Shown here: positions 1 through 11,359 of the stretch, one piece after another
How the letters are laid out: each line of letters opens with the position of its first letter
How positions within the stretch are numbered: position 1 is the stretch's first letter
NCBI GenBank assembly: GCA_964016885.1
Contig: OZ024742.1
Span: forward strand, 67,146,001-67,210,000
From: Eledone cirrhosa
Lineage: Eukaryota
Length of the DNA stretch: 64,000 nt
Direction: 5' to 3'
Program-made: the position numbers and the translations under genes
Notes under the pieces: generated by a model
What the model was told of the DNA's origin: nothing
Databases searched by the model: none
What the model saw: the letters and a program-made list of their open reading frames with translations, nothing else

Positions 1-616
1 CAGTCATGTTATATCAATAATAAATATTAATAATTTCTGAATTCATTGATTTAGGTCACGTCTCTTGGTCAGAAATATCATAACCGGAAGTCTACAAAGT
101 CATTTTACTCACTAGAGTTGTTTGAACAGATTAAACATCAAAATTTAAAATTGACGGGAAAAGCTGTGCAACAGAATCACACTCAACTAAATCGCATGCT
201 TACCTCATGCACAGGTAATGATTTGTGATATCGATTTTTATATATATTTTCCGTTTAAATGAAACATGTTCGCAATTCAATCCTCTCACCGTTATCGAAT
301 GTGAAAAAGGGTATTAGAGTATATATTCAGTGGTGGACACAAGGTACGCTTCCAATAAAATTGGGAGGTCTGTGTGTTAGGAAAACGCAGAGCATCATTA
401 CTTGCATTACGAAAATATCATATCACTGTATAATATATCAGCGTTAGGTCAAGGGAGAATCTATACTATAAAAGAAAAGCAGTTTCTCCGTATGTTTGTC
501 AACATATATATCTAAACGGAGGGGAGAACGGGAGTAGAGAAAAATCATTGTTGACGCGAGAGAAACACAGTGAGTGTGTATGTTTATATATATATATATA
601 TATATATATAATGTAG

Positions 617-988
617 GAGGTGAGTTTTATTGTAGCACAATAAAGCAATATTAAATTTCTCAGTATTAAAGGTTATATATCTCTCTCTCACTCATTTTCT
701 CCTCCTCTCTCACCCTTCCTTCTTATCCTTTCCTTATTATTATATTTTTTTCTTCTATCTATATACTTTCTTCCTCACCTTTTCCTTCCGCCCTTTCTTT
801 CCTTTTTTCCAATCTCATATATCCATCTTATTTTATTTTTCATATGTTGATTTAACACTTCACTGCTCGCAAGTGTTTTTTAAGCTTCATATAATGTCTC
901 CCTATTTTAACTGATGAGAACGCAAATATCATCCCATGATGATAAATGCGCATAATAAAATACAGGGAACTCTTTTAAACATCTTTTG

Positions 989-992
<4 letters not shown>
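617..992 (+). mobile_element. Solo pseudo-LTR fragment of Naiad-type PLE family C, with a short inverted tail at its 5' end
   Basis: About 650-992 is the reverse complement of 57290-57640. 617-650 is the reverse complement of about 60105-60135. Flanked by (TA)n on both sides. Confidence 0.75.
903..962 (+). ncRNA. Degenerate type I hammerhead ribozyme (family C)
   Basis: tattttaa-CTGATGA-long stem II-(G)AAA-tgcgc-ATA-ataaaata. The G of GAAA is missing here but present in the copies near 57336 and 59997. Confidence 0.6.
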
Positions 993-1055
<63 letters not shown>

Positions 1056-1079
1056 GACTATATATATATATATATAATA

Positions 1080-1138
<59 letters not shown>

Positions 1139-1144
1139 GACTAA

Positions 1145-1195
1145 AGTTTAAGCAAAGAATCGCTGCTTTCACCCTTAACGGGATCTTCTGAAATT
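1145..1195 (-). ncRNA. Variant type I hammerhead ribozyme with CAGAAGA core (family A)
   Basis: Minus strand reads aauuu-CAGAAGA-u-ccc(guuaa)ggg-u-GAAA-gca(gcgauucuu)ugc-UU-aaacu (5' stem strand aguuu in other copies). All three stems can form. Confidence 0.65.
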
Positions 1196-1274
1196 AACAA
1201 AGTCAATCTGTAAACGCAGAAGTGAATATTTCAAAAAACGTTGCAACCGGAGGAAGACAGGAAGACGATACTTT

Positions 1275-1558
1275 GGTTCGTGGAAACGTTCCCTGGCAAA
1301 GAACGGGGAAAAACGAATATAATACGTCATTCTTTGGAGCGTTGAAAAACAGTTACACGCAAAGACAAAACCACGTTTATGGTATAAAAGAAGTCGTAGA
1401 CTAATATTCTATTAGGTGGTTCATAGAGACGTTCTCTGGCAATGAACGGAAAAACGAAGATAATACGTCATATGTGGAGCGCGGAGAACAATAGCACGCA
1501 AAGACAAAACCACGTAAATGGTATAACTGAAGTCGTAGTCTAAAATTCTAACTAGGAA
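1275..1558. repeat. Two about 143-bp tandem units inside the family A 3' UTR
   Basis: Units begin ggttcgtggaaacgttccc (1275) and ggttcatagagacgttctc (1418). The same pair recurs at about 11507-11795. Confidence 0.8.
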
Positions 1559-1829
1559 ACCGAATGATTCTCGGCTTCAGAGTTAAGAATAAAGTAAATA
1601 AAATACAGAAGTAAATGAAATTAAATAAATACATACACGCATCCATATACGTACATACACAAGCATACGCGAAAAGACTCGCCATGGGTATACAAATACA
1701 TGCAAGTACACAAGAAAAAAATAACGCACGCACATACAGAACCCACGCAACGTCTGTACCCGCACGCATTCGAATGTATACACCAAATATACAGAAAAAT
1801 ATGAATTAAAAAAAAAATATATATATATA

Positions 1830-1869
<40 letters not shown>

Positions 1870-2268
1870 TGTGTGTGCGTGTATACATATAATTAAATAA
1901 ACGTATATAAATAAATAAATACGTATATAACAAGCGAACACACATACCTACATGTAAATACACTTATGTTCGGAGACGTACGTCACCCAAAACACGATGT
2001 ACACATATACACACACCCTACATACGTACGAACCCGCATACTCACACAGACGCAAAACTCACGTATACACATAACCAAAAGCATATGTACCAGAAAAAAT
2101 AATATATACTCCATAACATATACAATCAAACATACGTATGAGAAAGTATAAGTACCTTCACAAAATATACAGGTTATATATACCTACATATACAAATAAG
2201 TAATGGTATAAACATAACATATACTTAGCTACCACATCAAGACGTAAAATATCCCCGTATAGTTCGTA

Positions 2269-3519
2269 CTATCCGTTAGGGTGTAATGTGGGGCTGTAAT
2301 AGAGGAGAGTTTTGTGCAATTTATGATTACAAGCCGAAATTGCCTCAGATTTTTTGGTTAAGATGTGGTCTTTGGCGTAGAGTATTTCCAGGGCCTCAGC
2401 GGCGCAGATGTTACATGGTCTTTTATTTCCGTTATACCATCTAGCCCTAGCTAGGATCTCCCAGTGTAACTTATATTGGGTGTGGTTGTCTTTTAGACTC
2501 CAGATATAAGCTGAAAGTGACGTCATATTCCTTCTTAGAGGGTAACGAAAAGAATGGGTATGCATGTAAAGATGCTGCTTGAATCTATTAACGGTTAACC
2601 CTATGTAGGCCCTACGGGACGTGGGTGTTTCAACCTTACATTTGTAGACAATGTTACTAGAGAGGCATTTCCCGGATAGGGGGCAGTCAACCTGATTCCT
2701 ACAATTACAGTTAGTAGTTACAAAGTTTCACGTGTTCCTACGGTTAGGTAGTTTAGCTAAAGTTGAAGCTGTGATGTTATGTGCAAGGTTAGGAGTCGTA
2801 GAGTAAGACATTTTAATAGTATTTCTAATATAAATTTTACTTTCTTTATGTGTAGGGGGAAAATGCTTCATAATAAGGGAGAGAAAGATCTTAGCTAATG
2901 GTGTGGCCACCTCCATATTATATGGTGGGTTATACCATATAATGCGCTGGGATCTATTTCTTCTAGGTCTATTCTCGTACTCTGTATATGCTACCTTATC
3001 GACAAATCCACTCCGAGCAAGAGCTTCGTTGTAATATGTGGAATGGTCGTTGAAAATATACTCGTTTGTAGATAGACGGGAAAGCCTCAAAGAAACGTTT
3101 CTTACCAGGTTCTTGGTTATGCTGGCAGGAAGGTTAGAATGCTTACTTATGTAAATAAGCGTATCATTCGGCTTTCTATACGGGTAATGCAAGCGATTCG
3201 ACACATTGAGGGTAACGTCGAGGTAATTAACGATTGAGAGGTTGGCCTCAACCTGTATGGAGAGGTTGAAGCCTTTAAAGAAGGCTGTGAGTTCTTTTAT
3301 GAACCCGTCGCAAGCAAGTGAACCGCACTTAGTCATGGTCAAAAGACCATCACCACGATACAAACTACCGCCCAAGTTGGGGAATTCTTCCTTGATAGAG
3401 AAAAGAAGGAAAAGCACGATATGATCAGTAACCTCCGCAGAATCGCTGGCGCCCATACTCACGTCGAATGGGGTACTATTAGAATTTTTAATCCAAATAG
3501 AGTCGTCGAAATTAATCAC
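2269..3519 (-). pseudogene. PLE reverse transcriptase (C-terminal part) plus GIY-YIG endonuclease, one in-frame TGA at 2728-2730
   Basis: Motifs FDVSMGASDSAEV, LYRGDG (mutated YRDD), NYLDVTLN, IIWYNPPY, then CNCRNQVDCPLSGKCLSSNIVYKC...AYIGLT...RF...H...CNIC...E. The two listed ORFs are in the same frame. Confidence 0.9.
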
Positions 3520-3523
3520 CGAC

Positions 3524-3576
<53 letters not shown>

Positions 3577-3580
<4 letters not shown>

Positions 3581-4510
3581 GAAAGGATTACAAAGGAGAA
3601 TATATACTGTCAGAACATGTTTATATAAAAGCACCTACGTACGTTTCGCCCGAAAAGAGTTTCTCAAGGGCATAGAAAACTACAGTGTTCAGTACAGGAC
3701 CCAGAAGGGGTTTTAAAGTGATACATACATCAAAGTTCATTCTTAGTTGAAACATGCACGTTGTTATTGACAAAGAGCAAGGCGAGTAACTCTGGCCGGT
3801 GTTTGAATAATTGTCCCCAAAGGGCTTATTACTCGTTCACATGATGGTTTTCCATTACTAATTTGTGGGTGATGCCCTGCTAACAATTTCCCAGTGTGTG
3901 GAGAAGCTGATGTTAGAGTCTTTTAAGGTTGTGATGTAATTGGCGAGTGACATGGAGTGTCTTAGTTTCTTGTTTCTAAAAGAGTGGAGATGTGTTCGAA
4001 ATCTAGTTTTGAACAAGCCAGAAGTGACCCTATATAATGTTTAACGCGATTATGGCTAGTTATGGTTCACCTATAAATAACTCTATCTGTCAGACAACTT
4101 CCCTAAGCGGGCACCTACCCCGGTCCCGACAGTTGCATTCTCGATCGCGGTCGCTCCTGGTACCCGAAATCAAGCTATTATATTGCTACCTATGTTATAA
4201 TCCACGCCACCGCCTCTATCTCTGTAGTTAGTACTATTATATCCTATGGCGTGCTGGGTAGTACCATTATTTCTCCCGCACGCCGCAGCGCTTTCTGTTT
4301 CTGCCGCATGACTCGTACAGGTCACCAGGATGTTCCCCAGTCTCGCCACAGTTATGTCGGTTGCTTCTGTTGAGGCGGCCGCCAACACTGTTGGACGCTG
4401 CAAGGGAAACATTATGGCTATTAGGGTTGCTGTCAAGTTTAGACGTATCAGTGCTAAGATGCCGTGCTTTGCTGATGTTACTGTAATTAGTTATCCCTAT
4501 GATGTCTGTT
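3577..4510 (-). mobile_element. Naiad-type PLE family B, decayed linker and GIY-YIG plus 3' pLTR with an internal deletion
   Basis: ECNCRDRGRCPL..CLTDRVIYR*TITSHNRVKHYIG..SGLFKTRFRTHLHSFR...WEIVSRA, with frameshifts. 3577-3870 is the inverted copy of 4820-5120. Confidence 0.85.
3631..3672 (-). ncRNA. Minimal type I hammerhead, U3-A8 core variant (family B)
   Basis: ugccc-UUGAGAA-acuc(uuuuc)gggc-GAAA-cguac-GUA-ggugc, with palindromic stem III ACGUACGU. Confidence 0.7.
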
Positions 4511-4511
4511 A

Positions 4512-5283
4512 AGGAAATTGTCAACAGGGCAGCACCGTACAATTTCAAGAGGAAATGCGAGCTCTGCCTCATGGATGGAAATTTACTATATCATAAGAGC
4601 ATCTCTTGAGCTCATAAACAGCAGAGCAGAATCGGTGATAAACTGCAGACACAGAATACAGCAGTCTTTCTTCGGATGGAAAGGGACATAGACCTGAAAA
4701 CCATAAACTGGGTCCCCCTGCACCAAACCATAACACTCCGGTGGGTAGGCTGCGCAAATAAACATCTGTACACCAACTATGCATCTCAGACCCTGCCTGA
4801 ATGGACAATAGTAAAGTAGCACCCACAAATTAGTAATGGAAAACCACCATCATGTGAACGAGTAATAAGCCCTTTGGGAACAATTATTCAAACACCGGCC
4901 AGAGTTACTCGCCTTGCTCTTTGTCAGTAACAATGTGTATGTTTCAACTAAGAATGAACTTTGATGTATGTATCAATTTAAAACCCCTTCTGGTTCCTGT
5001 ACTGAACACTCTGTAGTTTTCTATGCCCCTGAGAAGCCCTTTTCAGGCGAAACGTACGTAGGTGCTTTTATATAAACATGTTCTGACAGTATATTTTCTC
5101 CTTTGTAATCCTTTCATTTGTAACCGCTCTGTTTATTTTCTCGCCCGCTAAATATTAACGCTTCCAATATTTACCCCTGTAGCCACAAGTATTGAGCACA
5201 AATGCACAACCCTTTGACAACTAACTATATGTATCGCTTATCCATTTAAACCCCTTCTTCTCTCTCACGATGCTTAAATATTC
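4512..5283 (+). mobile_element. Inverted 3' end/pLTR of PLE family B (endonuclease C-terminus plus UTR)
   Basis: EIVNRAAPYNFKRKCELCL...LINSRAESVINCRHRIQQSF, followed by UTR complementary to 3577-3870. Confidence 0.85.
5025..5065 (+). ncRNA. Minimal type I hammerhead (family B, second copy)
   Basis: gccc-CTGAGAA-gcc(cttttca)ggc-GAAA-cgtac-GTA-ggtgc. Confidence 0.7.
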
Positions 5284-5342
5284 TCTCTATATATATATAT
5301 ATGTATATATGTGTCTGTGTGCGCGTGTGTGTGTGCGCATGC

Positions 5343-5397
<55 letters not shown>

Positions 5398-5829
5398 AAA
5401 GAAGGGTGGATCCTTTATGACGTTACAATGAAAATGGTGATGACAGGCTTTACAAAAATACTTTCAAGTGCAAGTCTGTCAGCATTTTAGTTACTATCGT
5501 GAAAACACTCTACATCTATTCATATTTTACACACATTCACACACTCTCCCACTGTATTTCTCTCACAACAACAACTTTTCACTCGTCACATTTCCCCTCC
5601 TTCTACATATATGTGTGAAACCCTGTTGTTGTGAGAGAGAAATACAGTGAGAAAGGGAGTGTGTGAGAGATAGGTAGATAGTTTAAAGCATAATTCAATA
5701 ATACGGTGGCGTCGTAATTTCAAGGTACGTACATGATAAATAAATATTTTACCGATAGCATAGTGACAGGTTTTAACTAGTTTCCAATAACGCACCACCT
5801 AACCTACAACAATTGCCATATCATATATA

Positions 5830-6450
5830 TTCTTTTGGTGAATCGCCGATTTGTATTTGAGTGAAAAGCAACAACACTCAGCGGAAGTAGTTTTCTATTC
5901 ACGCATGTCAGCGGCATTCGCGACGTGCAGTATCTTGAGATGATGGAGTGGTTTCTGGCTCAGTTGTATAGGAAGCTAGGTAAATCTCCTTTCAGAATTA
6001 GGATAATTCTTCGACTGACGTCGAACGAATTCAGAATATGATTGTTCATTCACCAGATCGACCCCAGCCATTTTAAATGGCAGAGATTGTTTCTGGATTA
6101 AACAATAATTCTAGCGTTGACGAACAAATCGTTGGTGTTAGAATCCGTTTTTGTCCGGGATTCGTCGTTCAATGATATGTCAGTGTCTGCAATACACTTG
6201 CTATTTCAGTATGACTAAGGAAAAGACGGAAATGGTGCAATTACTCCTCTCAGCTAGACATATATATATTTGGAACGATGAAGAGGTTTCCAATAATTGT
6301 AGTTGGTAAGTCAGTGACAACTTTCGTCAATGGCGTATCGACAAAAAAATAGATGAGAGACATTGACAAATCATAGGTGATAGCAGCATTGCAAAAGCAC
6401 AATATGAACCGGTTAACATTATGAATCAACTTTAAGACTTGCAATTGCAT
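5830..6450 (-). mobile_element. piggyBac-like transposase relic
   Basis: Fragments RFILCFCNAAITYDLSMSLIY, KVVTDL and FKMAGVDLVNEQSYSEFVRRQSKNY resemble piggyBac LCDxxTGY..IY and MGGVDxxDQ..SYY..RR.SKKW motifs. Multiple stops. Confidence 0.5.
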
Positions 6451-6859
6451 CAGTCATCATATGAGAGTATAGTTTACATCTCCATGTATGTCAATATAAC
6501 ATACACAATATATCCACTTTTGAGCATGCTTTCATTCCATAATGCGCGCAAAATAAATTATATTTACTTAAAAGAAGCTTACATCTTACAGTGTGTTTGT
6601 AGAAAGGAAGCATATCAATTTAGTTTTGCAATTCCAAGAAAATAAGTTTTACTTTCTGTCTTTATTTTCAGAAATATCATCGAGGTTCTTCGAAATACCA
6701 TTCTCAAGATCGACGAGCTTGTCAGTAAGATGGATTATTTATGGATGCTATCTTCCATCATACATGTTTAACATTATATATAATAATGGTCATATACATA
6801 ACCTTCAACACTAATAACACACACTATACATACACAGTCACGCACAAACACAGACACAG

Positions 6860-7129
6860 GCACTCCGTATGTTACGACGAGTGTTCCAGTTGATCCGATC
6901 AACCGAGCAGCCTGCTCGTGAAATTAACTTGCTGGCTGAACATTTTCAAAAACATGCGTACTATTAACATAGTTCTCAGGGGGATTCGGCGTGAGACAGA
7001 ATATGACAAGGTGGGCCCTTTGAATCACAGGTACAACTCATTTTCGGAGGGACGTGAAATAAAGTGTTTTGAATCGAATTCACGACCGTACAATCGTGAA
7101 CCAAATTCCCTAACCACAACCATGGGCCC

Positions 7130-7130
<1 letters not shown>
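6860..7130 (-). mobile_element. tRNA-derived SINE (family 2)
   Basis: Minus-strand head ggttagggaatttggttcacg...gaattcgattc...cactttatttcacgt, shared with 42074-42195 and 46110-46232. Confidence 0.7.
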
Positions 7131-7179
<49 letters not shown>

Positions 7180-7180
<1 letters not shown>

Positions 7181-7382
7181 AACGGAGAAAGCTATTAGCG
7201 ATATTCCGACCAATTTCCAACTCACTCAACAAACATTAGGAAATACCGGAGTATATTCCCAATTAAACGTTTGGGGTGCTAACTATATTGTATTGTGTGG
7301 ATAATTGGCTGTATTATTTTATATGAGATATATTAAAGATCTCATTTCCCAAACGAATCGTTTCATTGTAAGATTTCTACAT
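7180..7382 (+). repeat. Interspersed repeat of unknown class, second copy inverted at 43297-43505
   Basis: Shared ggagaaagct..tagcgata.tccg.ccaa.ttccaactcactcaacaaacat...cgtttcatt. Both copies abut (TA)n. Confidence 0.7.
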
Positions 7383-7936
7383 GGTGGGTGAAATTATACG
7401 AAGTTATGTAGAAACTTGTGTAAAATCAATGGATTCTTATGCAAGTGGACTCTAATAAAAAATCTTCAGCGGGTGCCCGATAATATTAATATTAATAACT
7501 AAATCAACATCAATATTTAGCGATAATCTCCATCAATGCTAGAAGGAGCTGTTAAGTTGTAAGTCCAGCAGTTCGAAACAAATCTTACACTGTCCCGAAA
7601 ATGGGAGGAGGAGGCTACCGTGAAAAATAATACACACGCAGGTCATTGAACTCTGACAAGAATTCAAGCCTCGTGCAAAGAACTCAATTGGATATGAAAA
7701 AATAAATAAATGTGTTTAAGGACATATAGAGATATTTTCTCAGGCAAAATAACAGATATGAGATACAGGAACAAACAATCAATATTCATATTTAAAAAAT
7801 AAACAGAGATTCATACCTTATATCGGGAAAGTTCATGTCTGGTGATCCAAGAGTATATTACATAACTGCACAAACAGAGAAAGCTATACATATATGTGTG
7901 TGTGTGTGTGTGTGTGTACATATATATTTATGCATC

Positions 7937-7983
<47 letters not shown>

Positions 7984-8154
7984 GATAGATAGATAGATAG
8001 ATATGATTATATAAATATATAAGGGGGGAGAGAGATGCTGTTATAAGTGTAATTTTCTTTTACCTTGACTGTCGAAACATCAATAATCACGGTTAGTGTA
8101 ATTTGGAATAACTATAGTGTAACAAAAAATATGGAAAACTACAACACATAATTT

Positions 8155-8346
8155 AATTGTTTCTTGTTTTGGCACAAGGCCAGCAATTATTCCAGTGTAT
8201 TACCGGTACTTTATTGTATTGACCCCGTAGAGGATGAAAGGCAAAGTTAATCTTGGCGGGATTTCAACTCAGTCCGTAAAGGGACGTAACTGTGCTGCAA
8301 AGCGTGGCATCCGACATTCTACCGATACTGCCAATCCACCGCTCTC
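8155..8346 (-). mobile_element. Abundant tRNA-derived SINE (family 1) with target-site duplication
   Basis: Core ctttgcctttcatcc...ggggtc.ata..ataaagtacc. Flanked by duplicated acaacacataatttaat. Confidence 0.85.
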
Positions 8347-10369
8347 AACAACACATAATTTAATGAGATAAAATAGGATGGAAAGAAACAGTATTAGAAA
8401 CACGCTTAAAATATTTCTATTAAAATACAACGGAATCGAACCAGAGATATTGAGGTTGAGAGTGTCAATGTGTTTTTGTAGATTGTCATGTTTTCAAGGT
8501 CAGAGCATGGACGACAACATAAATGTTATTCAGTAAATATCTGGATGTGTGTGTACATGCGGCTTGGTGTGTCTCTATATAGACAGGATGGAAGGATAAA
8601 AGGAAAGAGAAAGAGATATAGACAGAAAGATTAGAAGAAAACAATTTCATTTGATGGATGTTGCAGGATATTTAATTAAAGAGAAAGCATTGAAGTGCCG
8701 CGGGTGTCAAAGAAAACTCATCCTTCACGTGAAATATCAAAGACATCCTTAGTGTTTGTGTTACTAATGAACTGATAAAGTTGGCAGGACTTTTTTTATT
8801 GCAGTTTTATATGTTGCATGTTATTTGTCGATTTATTTGTTGTTTATACATGTAATTTAGCTTTTTATTTCTTTTATTATGGTTTTAATTTTCCGGGATT
8901 TTAATTTCGGTCATGGTTGGTGTTGCTTAAAGAATATGGATTTGTCTCTGACAAATTATACCTTTTGTATGAAATATTGATTACCCTGCAGTAGTGATTC
9001 CTTTATTGTAAATGGCAAGCTGTTGAGTTCTGAAATTTGGTGACCTGCATGTGACTTTTTACGACAGAAGTGAAATTACCCTCCTAAAATTACTTGTAGG
9101 AAGGTAAAAGCATAATGTAACCTCATGCTGCCCATATTACAACGTGCAGTGCCTGGATTTGTAAAACGAAAGAAAAAATAGAATAAAAATAATACTAATT
9201 CATGCTGCCAGCGAATTACGATAGAATCAATAAGTTGCTAACAACAGTATCAGTAGAAATCGTTTTTTTACTCACGTTATCTGACATGGCTATGGACAGC
9301 ACACAGCTTTTATGTCTGTGTACACTGCAATGAACAGATGTTTCGGTAGCTTGTTGCGGTATTGTATCCCTGCATGGAAAATAGAGAAGCGGAAACATTT
9401 TTCCATTGTGGTAGGCTATATGTATGATTCCATTATAAATACTCGGTGAATTCCGGCCGATAATCTGTGACTCTTGGCATGTGAGATACTCCTGTTGGCA
9501 AAGAGATAAATTGAGGAACATATAGGATTGCTTGCCAGATAAGAAATCTAAGCTTAGTAATAATTATTTTGAACTGGCAGTACATAAAACAGCACACCTA
9601 TCCATTCATATTATAATAAATGAACTGTGTCACTATATCAATAGTTCTAAATATTTATCGGTATTACCGCCATACCTATAACCTGGAAGAGGATCGGCTT
9701 TGCTAAAAAATATATAATACTTTTGAAATTAAACCGCCCCTGATAATATCATAGAAATCCCTTTATTTCAAAGTTCGTTTATCTAAAACCTTTCCATCAG
9801 AATAATAAATATGAATCTTTGTTGAGTTATTTACCAGATAACAGCTTAATAATTGTTTCTACTTATGTTATATTATTACCCCCAGCCCAATGGTTGATAA
9901 TTTTGAAAAGAATTTTAAAATCATAGGCGGTCTTTCATTAGCAATATGGTAAGGAAATGGTTATATTGGTCAGAGGATGCGAAATATGTTTAAGAGTGTA
10001 GTGTAACATTTTTATTCAAACCTACATTAGCTGTATTATTTGTCCAGTTTAGTGTAAAACGAAGTATAAGAATTAACGGCAGCCATAAATGTCTGTTTAT
10101 CTGACGAGCATACAGCACTTGTCTTATCCGTTTCGTATTAAGCTAACTTTTTTATAAATTCCACTTCCATTCTAACTCCTGGAAGGTAACACGGGATTTA
10201 TTTACTTCCAATTCAATAGAACTTTCAATACTTTAGAATAAATTTACTGTAGATTGTGTGTGAATTAGAATATGTACTAAAATGTCAGGTACGATTGTAG
10301 ATGCATTTATACACACATACACAAGCGCGCGGGCATACACACATACACATATATATGTACATATCAGAT

Positions 10370-10550
10370 AGGGTGTGGTCAACCAGGTAGATCAAACCCA
10401 GCAGAGTCCTCTATACGTGGGGTAGTAGTGCGGGTAATATTAAAATATTCAGGACACCGAGGGCTGAGCTCCGGCCGTTTCGACAACTAGATCCGAGTAC
10501 AGATCTAGCTGTCCAAACGGTCGGAGCTCAGCCGTTGTGGTGTTCAATCT
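10370..10550 (-). mobile_element. pLTR-like fragment (family D relative) folded back at hammerhead stem II
   Basis: Similar to 14180-14300. Palindrome ggctgagctccggccgtttcgacaactagatc...gatctagctgtccaaacggtcggagctcagcc. Confidence 0.6.
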
Positions 10551-10566
10551 TTTCAGATATATGTAC

Positions 10567-10599
<33 letters not shown>

Positions 10600-10607
10600 C
10601 ATGTATA

Positions 10608-10678
<71 letters not shown>

Positions 10679-10681
<3 letters not shown>

Positions 10682-10932
10682 AATTTATATCTAGTAACAT
10701 TTATATACACACAGATGCATATCAATGCTAGCAAATATATAGGTTTTGTCTTATTAACAATGTGGTTCAATGCATGGGGTTGCAGAACAATAATATGAGA
10801 GACGTAAAATAAGAAAATTATATATATATTTGCTAGCATTGATATGCATATATATTGATATGCTATATATTTGCTAGCATTGATATGCATCTGTGTGTAT
10901 ATAAATGTTACTAGATATACATTCCTTATAAT
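10679..10932. repeat. Inverted repeat (about 60-bp arms) next to (TA)n
   Basis: tatctagtaacatttatatacacacagatgcatatcaatgctagcaaatata pairs with its reverse complement at about 10865-10920. Confidence 0.75.
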
Positions 10933-11359
10933 TATCTCCAATTCATTTGTCGAGCAATATTTGGCCATGACTGCTACTATGGTAGTAAGCTGGCCGCTGT
11001 CTTAATAACCACTCGCTTTCCACTGATTGACCTCGATGTCACGTGATTGATTCTTTTTGAATTTGCCACAGACGAGGAGGCAGTGATTTTCTCAATGGCT
11101 TGGAATCCAGTCCACGCTTTGCTATTTCCATTCCACTGAATTATTTTTTTAATAAGTTTCCAGTGTCCTCGCTATGCCTGGAGACCTATACGGAAAAAGA
11201 CTTTCCTGATGACGGAATGATTTTCTATGTGTTTCTTCGCAAAATATATTTACTCCATTCCAGAAACTAATTAGTTGGAAGTGATTTTTTAGTAAGTAAG
11301 TTAATTTTATAATTTTCTTATTTTACGTCTCTCATATATATATATATATATACATATTT

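Larger units (their letters stand above)
1135..3525 (-). mobile_element. Naiad-type Penelope-like element family A, 5'-truncated, between (TA)n tracts
   Basis: RT plus GIY-YIG ORF, a 3' UTR rich in TG/TA repeats, a 143-bp tandem duplication and a terminal HHR. Further copies at 11360-13085, 35510-35650, 52090-52245 and 63340-63430. Confidence 0.9.

Noticed and set aside
1546-1590. Conserved hairpin in the family A UTR as a possible SECIS
   Set aside because: It lacks the 3' GA of the kink-turn quartet and helix II is too short.
9216-9521. 101-aa ORF with splice-like signals
   Set aside because: No identifiable homology or linked exons.
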